From: Chrysomallon squamiferum
Lineage: Eukaryota > Animalia > Mollusca
Assembly (NCBI GenBank): GCA_012295275.1
Contig: CM022670.1
Location: 31,310,001-31,374,000, forward strand
Length of the DNA stretch: 64,000 nt
Reading direction: 5' to 3'
Position numbers and translations under genes: made by a program. The notes below the pieces were generated by a model. That model saw only the letters and a program-made list of their open reading frames with translations. It was not told the DNA's origin and did no database searches. This document shows positions 39,637 through 51,490 of the stretch, one piece after another. How positions within the stretch are numbered: position 1 is the first letter of the stretch; each line of letters begins with the position of its first letter.

Positions 39637-41484
39637 ATGGAGGATGGAGGTGCGCGCCGGAGACTACAGTTTTGTGACGAACCTTACAAAAACAAAACAT
39701 TTTACATCGACGTTAAAACGAAATCTATGCACAATAGAGTGTCCTCGGCAGTTACTCAACTGGGAGGTACGATTGAAACTTTTTTGTCAAAGGACATTTT
39801 TATATTTATAACTGATGCGAAAATGTCGCATTTACAAAATTGTTTAACCAAACAAAATCAGCTACCTGTCTCCACTGCATCCACAGATGCTTCCCTTCCA
39901 TCCTTCCAACCCTTAGCAAACACGGACAGTCAAACTTTTTCAGGGATGGGAAGCCAGAATGTCCCAATGATGAGCAGGGGAAGGACACTTCTAATGAAAG
40001 CCAGAGAAATTGGCAGAGATTCCAAAAGTACCAACAATTCTAATGATAGTGGTAGCTATGTTACAAATTCAGCAGTTATGAAAGCTTTCCAAATAGGTGT
40101 GAAAATAGAACATGCTATAAATTTTTTAAGAAAGTGTAAAAATGTTGGAGTTAATTTTAAACCTGGGAAGAAATCAAAAAGTAAAGAAGTGAAAGGATTT
40201 GATGCTATAAAATGGGATGATAAAAACTTGATCAAAATTGAAGATATGTCAAACAAGTACAGGCCAGTTTTTAAACCATTAGATCTCTTTCCAAAACTGT
40301 ATGTAGATAATATAGGTGGGTCACCATTTGATGGACCAACATTTCTGCATAAAAGTCACTCAGAAAATATAGCCAAGAAGGAAATGAAAGGTAGAAAATT
40401 CACCAGTGAGAAAGGTGGATATTGTGAAATGTGTGCTGTATGGTATACTAAAAGTTTAAAGGAACACATGTACTCAAGTTGTCATCTAAATTTTGTCTCA
40501 AATGATGACAATTTTTATACTTTAGACTGTCTTGTTGAACAGCTTCCCAAAATGGATGATTTTCTATCAAAATTTGCGTCTGGTTTTTCCAATAAAGACA
40601 GTCAGACCATTTCAGTAAAAGAAGATAAAATGAACTACACAAATTATTCTTGTAATACAATTAGTGATGGAATGTGTGTTTTGAAAATAGACAATAGTCA
40701 TTCTCCAGATTCTGTAACACCAGAAGATAATGAACTGAATGTAGGTGACAAAGAATTCTTCCCTCTACATCTGTTTGCTGATGGGAAATTGTTTGATAAT
40801 GGAGTGTTACCAAAAGATCAAGAAATTAATATGTTTTCTTCAGACATTTCACAGTCAGGTTCACCAACAGCAGTTCTCAAAGACCTCCTGATTAAGTGGT
40901 CTTTGCAGGATACTAACAAACCTTCATCCACTTCAGAACAACCACCTAAAACAAAATCACACCTCCAAACAGAAAACCTTAAATTTGATGCTGCTCCCAG
41001 TGAAAACATAAACTTTGGACTTGAAGATACCAAAGAGGTATTTTCTCTAGCAAGACCAGTTTTATCATTATGTTGTAGTGAAAGCAGTTCAGCCAGTCAA
41101 ACTGGACAACTCAAACTTAAGGCTGTATATGTCAATGGAGAATCCATAACACATTCACACCATACATGTAAGCCAGGATTTAAATATAGAAAAAAGAAAC
41201 TGAGAAAAGGGAAAAACAAAAATAAAGAAAATAATATTTATTGTAGTCATAAGACAAGTGATACTAAGCTGAAGTTATCAAAAATTTCAGTTACTCCTTT
41301 GCAACAGAAGTATAATCTCAAAATGTTCTGGCAAGTGAAAAAGACAGGTGACTGTAAATTAGTGTTTAGCTCAAAAAAGAGAAAGAATGTTAGAAATGAT
41401 TCTGAGTCATATTCTGGTGGATCTGATAGTGAGAAAGATCGCAGCATAAGTAACAGTTTCAAAAGACAGAGACTTGTGTTCTAA
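39637..41484 (+). CDS. DBF4: DBF4/ASK-type regulatory subunit of Cdc7 kinase (DDK), 615 aa, single coding exon
   Basis: All three Dbf4 motifs occur in order: N (BRCT-like PYKNKTFYIDVK...LGGTIETFLSKDIFIFIT, then SRGRTLLMKA), M (LIKIEDMSNKYRPVF) and C (zinc finger GGYCEMCAVWYTKSLKEHMYSSCHLNFV). There is also an N-terminal RRLQF cyclin-docking-like motif, a KEN box and basic NLS-like tracts. The start context is GCAATGG, and AATAAA lies at 41770-75. Confidence 0.92.
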   Translation: MEDGGARRRLQFCDEPYKNKTFYIDVKTKSMHNRVSSAVTQLGGTIETFLSKDIFIFITDAKMSHLQNCLTKQNQLPVSTASTDASLPSFQPLANTDSQTFSGMGSQNVPMMSRGRTLLMKAREIGRDSKSTNNSNDSGSYVTNSAVMKAFQIGVKIEHAINFLRKCKNVGVNFKPGKKSKSKEVKGFDAIKWDDKNLIKIEDMSNKYRPVFKPLDLFPKLYVDNIGGSPFDGPTFLHKSHSENIAKKEMKGRKFTSEKGGYCEMCAVWYTKSLKEHMYSSCHLNFVSNDDNFYTLDCLVEQLPKMDDFLSKFASGFSNKDSQTISVKEDKMNYTNYSCNTISDGMCVLKIDNSHSPDSVTPEDNELNVGDKEFFPLHLFADGKLFDNGVLPKDQEINMFSSDISQSGSPTAVLKDLLIKWSLQDTNKPSSTSEQPPKTKSHLQTENLKFDAAPSENINFGLEDTKEVFSLARPVLSLCCSESSSASQTGQLKLKAVYVNGESITHSHHTCKPGFKYRKKKLRKGKNKNKENNIYCSHKTSDTKLKLSKISVTPLQQKYNLKMFWQVKKTGDCKLVFSSKKRKNVRNDSESYSGGSDSEKDRSISNSFKRQRLVF

Positions 41485-44464
41485 ATTAATTTTAAATTGT
41501 TCACTCATTTTGTAACATATTTTCAGTGTGCTGATTAACATACGTGTGAATTTGACTCTTTTAGCTTTCCACTAAGTGATTTATTTTAAATCTAATTTAT
41601 ATCAATTTTAACATGATGAGCTTTATGGAATTTGTTTGATAAGAGATATAATTTTTATGTATTTATTTATTTGTTATTTTTATATATATATATATATATA
41701 TATCAGTTATGAAGTTTTGACCGTTTTCAAAATATTCAAACAAGCATTTATTACTGAAGAAACATGAACAATAAACACCAAAAACATAAATTTATTGAAT
41801 TTGCTTAACAAAACCCAAGATAATTAAATATATGTTAAATACTAGTTTTGTAAAGTTTTATTAAACAATGAAAATGCAGTATATATATATTTCAAACCAG
41901 TATTTTGTTTTAATGTTATAATTTTTATAATAATTGTACATAACAGTGTATTTTATTTAGCTTTTTCTTGTTTATTTTCATTTTAGAGATTGTTAATAAT
42001 CAGAAAAATTAATAATAAATTATTGCAAAACCATTGGCTTTATTGAAATTTTAAAGATTTGGTTGGAAATGAAGTAACTTTGTATTCATGCCTCTGTGAT
42101 TCAAATGTTGCTTGAAGTTTAAAATCTTTAATCAGCTTTATTTTTTCTGGATTAACTAAAACAAAGAGACCATCATATACATATAATGTTTTAAGCTTCT
42201 TCAACATAATTATTTTTACTGGTTACTGAACCATTCAGAAGATCATAAATTTCACATTATAATTTTAGTAAAATATAATGTTAGAGGCTCAGTTTGTGAA
42301 TGTAATATAAAAAAAATAATAATAATTATGTCCTTGCAAAACAGTAAAGTCAGGTCTTCCTAATTAAAAAGTTTAAACTAAAATGTAAAAACAACAACAA
42401 TTTTAGGATTTTTGAAGTAAAAAATTTATAAAATTGGACCTTTTTTTTTTCATTTTTTCTCTTAGAATTGGTTTTAAAATTCAATTATTAATCCAGATCT
42501 ACTGCTTTAATTTTCATCTGAAATTAAGCAGATGTATTGTGGTTTCTGACAATTTATCTGACACCATGGTATAATTTATCTAATCAGTATCAGCTTAAAT
42601 AGTTTGTATTGTCTGAAATTTTCTCACTAAACTTTTATTCATATTCTACGAGTAATTGATACAAGTAGATATATGTGTATATTATTTCATTCTCAGCTTG
42701 GAACTATGTTGTGTTAATATTTGTTTCATTTTCTTTATTCAGTTTTTGTTTCTAAAATTATATGTAATTATCAGATAAAAATTATTATTAAAAAAAAAAA
42801 TTTAAATCTATATTCTAGCTTTAAATGAGAATGAATTTTGACCAAATAATTGCATTACATATATATATATATATAATTAATTTTACAAAGTTAATCACAC
42901 ATTTGATTATATGCAACTGTCCTATAATTAAGTATGTTGTATGTGTTAATGATTTGAAAACATTAAAATGTATGGTTTATAAGGTCCTTACTTGATTTAT
43001 ATTTAATAATAATAGTGTATATTAATAATATTAATAATACTCATTTTATAAACCATAAAGTTAATTTGATTACATTACGTGATATCATTTTAAACAAAAT
43101 TGTTCTCATATATCAAAATAAAATCACATTTTTTAATTATTATTTTAACAACTAATTTAATATTCTGTGATACGTTTTTAACATTTTAAAATTTTAATTA
43201 AAAAAGGATGAAAATGTGTTGATTTTTATAAATATAGAACTTTTTCATCTAAAATAATGTTATGCCGTTTAAATTTTATTCATATTAATATGATTTTTCA
43301 GTATTAGAAGTATTAATTACTTCAGTTTTAACACAAATTCAGATTTTTGTATATAATTAATGTCTTAAGAATTACCTCCCTTTTACATAAGAAAACAAAA
43401 CTTTTCCAAAACTTTATTTATTAATAATATCATACCACCATTTTGTCTGTCTTTATGCATTGAAATATTTGCTATTTACTCAATCAAATGAAATTTACAA
43501 AGCAATGATTTTTTTTTTATTCCTTTTAAAAAACGAAAAGATAAAATACAGTGTCACTTGACTTGTTTAATAATATTACTGTTATGGACATGAAAATCTA
43601 GTATTACTGTACATATATTCTTGCATTTGTAATATTTAATATCCCAACTGACTTTCAGATGTATATTTTATAACAATTCAGGATGCTGTTTTTATTTTAT
43701 TGATTAATTTTTTCCTTTTTTATTTTATTTTATTTTATTTTTTAATATATCTGTATATGAAGTTGTTTTTGAACATTTTGATTTAATATTCAGTTTTACT
43801 TTACCAACATTTTTTACTTATGGAATAATAATATTCTACAAAAAACAACAAAACAAAGTACTTACCTAGAACTGAGAGACAAACAAAATAAATCTGACAT
43901 TACAATAAGACAAACATAATAAATGTAATATTACATACATTATAAATAGATGGCTTAACAGTTTTCGCAATAAATTTGTAATTATGTAATTTTTAAAATT
44001 ATATTATTTTAATTTTGTTAACTTTTTTTTTTTACTTTTTTTATTTAATTTTTTAGTGTTATTATTTTCTTATTTTATTTTATTTATTTTTTTAAATTAA
44101 GATTATTATTATTGTGTTTATCTTATAATTAGAGAGGTTTTTATTAATAAAACAATAAATTGTTACAAATGTAGAACATCATTATAGATCAAAATGAGGA
44201 AATTCATCAAAATACCAGTGCAATTTTTCCAATGTTTTAGTGAATGTAATTTTAAAAGAAAGCTTTTGTGATAATGAAAACATTTACTTTGAATTTGTAT
44301 AATAAATCATTTTTCTTTAAAACTGTGTTTTTTATTTATTAGTTGTAATTTTTATTTGTTGAAGTGAGCATGCAAAATGGACATTCATGCCTACTTACCA
44401 GCCAAACCAACTTTTTTTCATTCATTTTATTGTTATTATTTATTTATTTATCCCTAATATATGA

Positions 44465-45960
44465 ATCCTTTATCAAATTAAGTGGTTGCTATATTTTATT
44501 GTTTCATTAAGCAATACATTTATTCATAACATTTGCTGCATAACCTTCATTATTTTATTTTATTTTATTTTATTTTATTTCATTTCATTTTATGTTTATT
44601 TTTATTGTTATTATTATTATTATTTTTTTATATTATTAATTATTCAAATTTTAATGTAAATTTAATAATTATGGAACATAAAATTATTACAAAATGCGAT
44701 ATTGCAACAAAATCAGGAATATGTTATAGTCTGAAATTTAATAATTTTTTATTTTCATTTTTTATTATTATTATTTTATTTTATTTTATTTTTATTTTTA
44801 TTTTTTATTGGTAGGTTGGGTAGGATTTGGTTGTGTTTTTATTTTTTATTTATACAAATATTTAATGTAAATTTAATAAATTACTAATCATGAAACTATA
44901 AAGCAAATGTGTTATATCGGTAACAAAAACTGGAACATGCTATAGTTTCTCACCTTGTATGCGTTTGTCTCTTTAAAATAAAATGTTTGACTTCAAGTGG
45001 CTGTTAGCATTAAATGAATTGACGTTCGTTAACCTCAACGGTTGACAATAATAACATTGTCACGTCTGACAATGACAGTGACAATGACAATGACTTTATT
45101 CTCACAAACTATATGATTACAATACAGAGAAGAATGTATTCAGATATATAATAACAAAATTAAAATGTACACTTGAAATGATTGTATGGGAATGACATAT
45201 CCAAGCTGATTAAGTACATGTTGAAAGTTATATTGTGAATTCAAAAATGACATTACCGACTTATGTTGATTTAACTTTTTTTTAAATTATTTATTTAATT
45301 ATTTATTTAAAAACGAATAGTTCTTATGATCTCACTAATATAAAGATTATGATATAAGTGATTGAATAATATTTCATCATATGTGACTGTTTATTTATTA
45401 CGACTAAAAAATCATATCGACATTTTGTTATTAATAGTGTTGATTTAACCTTGTTTATAGGTTTGTTTATAATTAACATTATTTATTTATTTATATATTT
45501 ATTTATTCTGATTTTTTTTCAATTTTATTTTTCTGATTTAAAAAAAAAAAAAATTCAAATTATATCTGTCCCTAAGAAATAAATCCTTTATAAAATTTTA
45601 TCGGTAAAATAACTAGAATGTGTAATCATTTGAAATTTATTCATTTATTTATTTATTTATTTATTTACATATTTGTTTTCACTTTGCATGAGTTTGTCTC
45701 TGTGAACAATATTTGACATCAAGTAATTTATTAAATGAATTGATATGTCGTTCAACATTCATTCACATTCAACAGTTAATAATAATAATAGATTGTCACA
45801 TTTAACGAATGATTGTATGTGAACGACATATCCAAGCTGATTAAGTACATATTAAGTGTTTTATTTTTTGTTGTTTTTATGTTTTTGTGAATTCAAGGAT
45901 TCGCTGTTACATGAAGATTGTGACCTTACCGACTTAATAATGTTGATTTAACCTTTTATT

Positions 45961-45992
<32 letters not shown>

Positions 45993-46147
45993 TTTTATTA
46001 CATATATATATATATATATAGATAGATAGATTTTTTTTTTTTTTTAATTTATAGTTATCCTTTATCAAATTTTGTGGTTGCTATATTTTATTACCTTGTT
46101 CAGAATATAATTTGCTTTATTTTTATTTTTTTTTTATTTATTTACCC

Positions 46148-46194
<47 letters not shown>

Positions 46195-46235
46195 TTTTTT
46201 TTTTTGGTTTTATTTATTTATTTATTGGTATACAT

Positions 46236-46266
<31 letters not shown>

Positions 46267-46680
46267 TTTTAAATAGTTGTTACGATGTTCTTACTTATAT
46301 AAATATTATGACATCAATGTTTTAATAATATTTATATTTATTTAAATTTATTTATTTATTAAAATATTTAAAACGCTTGTTGTTCATCTTAAATTCAAGA
46401 AATCGTTGTAATAAATATTTTATTGAGTTTTAAAAATCGCAGTTCTTGTTACGATCTCAGTTACACAAAAATTGTGACATTACTGACTTAATGTTGATTT
46501 AACTTCTTTTTAATGTATTTATTTAAAATCGCTCTCGCTCACATAAAGATCTCTGAGTTAATAATGTTTAATCATTTGTGTTTATTTATTTAAAAATTGC
46601 ACAGGGCTTACGATGCTGTCACTTAGATAAAAATTATGATATCGACCTGAAGATTATGTTATTAATAGTTTTGATTTAAA
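44465..46680. repeat. Patchwork of decayed local direct duplications
   Basis: 44465-44500 matches 46057-46092, and 44650-44730 matches 44861-44946. tgattgtatgNgaaNgacatatccaagctgattaagtacat occurs at about 45179 and 45810. The motif tgttgatttaac and its variants occur at about 45264, 45439, 45941, 46492 and 46669. Confidence 0.75.
45067..45174 (-). mobile_element. Short 3'-terminal remnant of a non-LTR retroelement
   Basis: The minus strand ends AATAAA followed by a (GTCATT)n tail (plus strand tgacaa repeats 45067-45094, tttatt 45095-45100). The segment is absent from the paralogous duplicate at about 45790-45815. Confidence 0.5.
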
Positions 46681-47173
46681 TTTTAATAATTTTGTTTATT
46701 TATTTGTTATGATTGATATTATTAATTTATTTATTGTGATTAATATTATTAATTTATTCATTATGATTAATATTATTTATTTATTTTTTATGATTAATAT
46801 TATTTATATATTTATTATTTTTATTATTTATTTTTCAATTATTAATTTTTTGTTTTATTCTACAACTTTCTTTTTTTATTATTATTTTTTTGTTTTCATT
46901 TTTTTCTTAAACCACTTTGAAATATACATACACTGCCCGCTGCTTGACACCAATTACCTCTATAAAGTTAATAATTGATATAGCAAAAACAATAATTAAA
47001 AAGGAATAACTATTACTATTTACCTTTAGAAATTCATGATTCGATATAATATTTCTACAAGATTTTCTTTGACAGTATGCACGGCAGATGTGTATCTTGC
47101 TACAACTCAAGAGAACAAAATATTTTAATAATGAATTCAAACACACACACACACACACACACATGTATGTTCT

Positions 47174-47211
<38 letters not shown>

Positions 47212-47388
47212 GTGTTATCTGTTGATTAATTAGAACTGATCCAAATTAGGATTTTTATATTATTATTGTTGCTGTTATCGTTATCATCTATTTTTTAATT
47301 AGTTTGTTTCATTCTAATATAATATATATAATATACTGTAATATAATTCTCAGTTCGAATTTTCAATTTTCTATTATCTACAAATTAT

Positions 47389-47424
<36 letters not shown>

Positions 47425-47869
47425 ATATATCTGCATCTATGTACTTTCATGTTTCACTTTTATTTTTTTATTTATTTAATTAGGTTTTTTGTTAATATTA
47501 TTATTATTATTTTGTAATGGTTTTTGAATGAGTAAATATAATTCATAATTAAAGTTTTTTGACTTTTTCAATTTGAAAGGACATTCCATCAACTGTGATA
47601 AGTAGAGTGTTTCCGGCTGTTACATGTGACACCTTTATGACATCGTGAACGTCTGCCCTTGGCTACATATGTTTTAATCTGTCGACGTTTGACAAAGACT
47701 ATTGTCACTAAAACATGGGTCAACATTCTTCTCGTCTGTCGAAATTGTTTTCACATTCCTGGTATTCTATCATTTTTATTTTTAAAATGTTATTGTTTAT
47801 TTATATCTTGCTATTGTTTCATCATCGTCGTAGTTTCTTCTTCTTCTTCTTCTTTTTCTTCTTCTTATG

Positions 47870-47913
<44 letters not shown>

Positions 47914-48171
47914 AAATTTCCTGTTTTATTAATGATACAAAACCCTCATTTTACCAATGGAATATTTAATGTGATGTTAAATCTAACTGATAGATGCCTA
48001 TTTTCAGAAAAGAAATTGTTCTGCACCTATTTTCAAATGAAATTATACCGTTACTATGATTTTAAAGAAAAACAAATTCTGCAGAAATATAAAAATAATT
48101 AATATAATACGGAGAATTAATTAATATTAAACATAAAAATTATATATAGAGATAGATACAGATATAGATAT

Positions 48172-51001
48172 GGGTCATTCCGTGTCAAATCACCCAATGG
48201 TTTAAACCCGACTGTCTCAGATTGTTATGAAACTTGGTATACGTGTTTACTGGGATCCCACAGCACCAAATCTGAAATTTTAGCCCAATCAGACCAGTGG
48301 TGTGGCAGATATGGCCCACCCAATTTTGAGATTTTTGCCAAAAATGGGTGTGACCACCAACCTTAGAACCCTCATATCTCAGGAACTACTGGGCCAATCT
48401 TCATAAAATTGGTATTGTTAGAAAGGCAAAATGACAAGGATTCCAAATCTGCCATTTTTGTTTAGTTTGGAAAATATTGGAGTACCTTGACCTTTTGACC
48501 TTTGCTATGACCTTGAAATTGACCGTGTGGATCACGTGATCTTGAGATGACCTTTAATGAAATTTAATCTCCCACATGTTAACTAAAACATATAAAAGTT
48601 TTCTGGGTGTAATATTTTTTGTTTAGCCACAATATAGATTTAAAAAATGCACATACATGAAAATAACACCTTTTCAGCCATTAACATCTGATTAACTAAA
48701 ACCTGAATGATCAATTCTGGATGATAGGAATCACCATCTCTCTTGATCATCGAGTAAGACATTGTAGGCCTACATGTATGCATAAAGTTCACATATAAAA
48801 GTTTCCTGGGTATAATATTTTTTGTTTAGCCATAATAGAGATTTAAAAAAATGCATACCTGCATGGATGATTGATACAATGCATTACAATGTACATTTTC
48901 TCTGAGACTAAAAACTCATCTGTTAAAACCCACCTGACATGTCTGAAGGAATGCCTGAAGGATATGAAAAGATGCCAAATGGCATGACATGTTCTACACA
49001 ATCAGGCTCAAAGAGTTAACAGGAAGTGATGCTTCAGGCAGGTCAGGAACTCCTTTAGATCTCCTGGTGCAATCCCCATTGAGCACATGGCAATTAGAAG
49101 TTTAAGACAAAGAAGTTTCTTCATCTGCATTTCTTTGACAATCTGAAGCTTTTTAAGTTGGACACAATGTCAGATGTTGATAAGTAAGCATTGTTTTCTT
49201 CATAAAACCTATTAAGTTATTTTATCATGTCATGTGGCCTTGCCATTGGCTTTGAACAAGGTTTCAGTCAACAACAGTACAACCCAGTCTGATATCAGAC
49301 GTCATCAAGTGAGGTACTGCCTAATGTATTTGTACACCCAGTCTTCGGCACAGAGTATGAACAAGGTCTACCTTCACCTTAATAAACTGTGATTTATACT
49401 TGAGAAGATTGACATAAATGCCCAAGACTTGTGGGCCTTTGGCAATAACACATGTACTCTGCTGCCATTTTATGACCTGCTTAACTTTACTAAAAGGGTT
49501 TCAGGATTTGATTTAATATTTAGGAAAGCACTGACTTTGTTCTATTGAATTGAAGGTGCAGGCCAAAACTGAAAATCCTTATTTCTTCCAGGGCTAACTG
49601 CAGTTTTAACTCTCCTGAAAATGTGTGTTATCAACACCATTATATAAAAAAGGAGTTGTTGCGAAGTGTATGGAAAACTGAGGAAGTCGAACTCCTCACT
49701 CTTTGAAGTGGGATCAAAACACGGGACATCAAGAGTATCTGTTCACATCATGAACAAGAACTTTTAATCAAATTTTCAACATTGCAGAAAAACTGTTGTG
49801 ATCCCCTTAATCGCCACCCTGAGCAAGCACGCTCTAGATCTTTAAGAATTGTTAGCATGGGCACTTACAAATGCTTAGTAAATTCTCCAAAGACACTAGT
49901 TCCAGGAGACAAGTTGTGCTGTGACTGTCTGATTACCCTTCAGAAATCAAAGGTCCTGCAGAGGATGGTTTTAGTATGAGTGGTATTACAATAGGAGAAT
50001 TTGGTGATAACTTGCCAGACAAACCGCTGGTTGTTGTTTCCCCAGGAAAGGACTTTGATTTGAATTCTATTCTGTCGAGTTTAGGCGAAACTCCTGTCAA
50101 ACTCCATTCTAGCACGTTCCAGTAAATGAATGAAAGGACAGAAAAAAACTAGCATCAGCTACAGTAACATTAAAATGACATCTTAATGTCTGAATCCTGC
50201 CCAGAGCGTGTGCAAATCTTAATTATGTCACCCTTTACCATTGAATGGACAATGAATTGAAGGAGGAAATAATCCAGTTTTATGAAAGTGATGAGAACAG
50301 TAGAATGTGTCTGGGAATGAAGGATACAGTGAGCATTTGAAACAAACATGGTGAGAAGGTTAAGCATCAGAAACACCTAGTTCTCTCAAAATTATGTGAA
50401 CTTTATGCATACATGTAGGCCTACAATGTCTTACTCGATGATCAAGAAAGATGGTGATTCCTAGCATCCAGAATTGATCATTCAGGTTTTAGTTAATCAG
50501 ATGTTAATGGCTGAAAAGGTGTTATTTTCATGTATGTGCATTTTTTAAATCTATATTGTGGCTAAACAAAAAATATTACACCCAGGAAACTTTTATATGT
50601 TTTAGTTAACATGTGGGAGATTAAATTTCAATAAAGGTCATCTCAAGATCACGTGATCCACACGGTCAATTTCAAGGTCATAGCAAAGGTTAAAAGGTCA
50701 AGGTACTCCAATATTTTCCAAACTAAACAAAAATGGCAGATTTGGAATCCTTGTCATTTTGCCTTTCTAACAATACCAATTTTATGAAGATTGGTCCAGT
50801 AGTTCCTGAGATATGAGGGTTCTAAGGTTGGTGGTCACACAAACTTTTGGCAAAAATCTCAAAATTCGGTGGGCCATATCTCCCACACCACTGGTCTGAT
50901 TGGGCTAAAATTTCAGATTTGGTGCTGTGGGATCCCAGTAAACAAGTATACGGTCGGGTTTAAAAAAATTTTGGGGGGGGTGATTTGACACGGAATGACC
51001 C
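48172..51001 (+). mobile_element. Internally deleted DNA transposon with very long TIRs, most like Sola2; 2830 bp
   Basis: The termini are GGGTCATTCCGTGTCAAATCACCC and GGGTGATTTGACACGGAATGACCC. The inverted repeats span about 48172-48795 and 50393-51001 at high identity, and ATAT flanks both ends (4-bp TSD). GRG termini, a 4-bp TSD and long TIRs fit the described Sola2 group. The element itself is certain; the family call is from recall. Confidence 0.85.
49677..50410 (+). pseudogene. Disrupted N-terminal fragment of the element's transposase
   Basis: Interrupted peptide blocks read LLTL*SGIKTRDIKSICSHHEQELLIKFSTLQKNCCDPLNRH, LVPGDKLCCDC, ERVQILIMSPFTIEWT and EEIIQFYESDENSRMCLGMKDTVSI*NKHGEKVKHQKHLVLSKLCELYA. 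The last resembles the FY..D..SR..PG.KD.V...QKR.L...L.ELY pattern I recall for Sola2-type transposases. There are stops and frameshifts, and no catalytic domain. Confidence 0.65.
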
Positions 51002-51180
51002 ATATGTATTTAAAATCACTTTATTTTACACTTTATGTACCAATAAAGATCCCGAACTTACATAAACGATATTTTTCAGTTTAAATAGAATAAAGTATTT
51101 TAAAAGCCTAATAAGATAATGAAGGAAGAAAACCTAAAATAATTTATAATCATTTACGACTGTTCGCTAGATGTCTTAAG

Positions 51181-51490
51181 GAAATGAAGAAATTATTTGT
51201 GTTACGATATATCGATGCATTCAGCACATTTTTTAATGTATAAGAATGTCAGAAATCTCACGATCTCAAACGAGCTTTACCCAAGAAGCTAATCGTGAGA
51301 TTTCTGACATTGTTTCGTTTTACTGCATCACACCTATAGGTAAGTCGAATGATGATAAAGAGAAAGTAAAAGCGCTAACTGCCCTTCATTAGACAACCTC
51401 GAGCTGTAGCAAAAAAAAATATTTTATAGCTCCTCTCATAAACAGAAATATGTAAATACGGTGTTTAATAAAGCAGTCTTCGGGGGTGAT
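51181..51490 (-). mobile_element. Highly degenerate SINE-like remnant
   Basis: It shares gaaat...cgatgcattcagcacattttt and tcctctcataaacaga-type blocks with 55531-55740. It resembles from memory an abundant gastropod SINE (gaaatgttttatttaacgacgcactcaacacatttt). Not verifiable here. Confidence 0.35.
51245..51311. repeat. Perfect 20-bp inverted repeat with 27-nt spacer (67-nt hairpin)
   Basis: aatgtcagaaatctcacgat (51245-64) pairs with atcgtgagatttctgacatt (51292-311). The spacer contains a further agctt/aagct pair. Confidence 0.9.

Noticed and set aside
39806-41462. ORFs overlapping DBF4 in other frames or antisense
   Set aside because: They are shadow frames of the real coding sequence.
42971-43057. 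12-bp inverted repeat tatggtttataa/ttataaaccata
   Set aside because: It is short and AT-rich in very AT-rich sequence, so it is compatible with chance.
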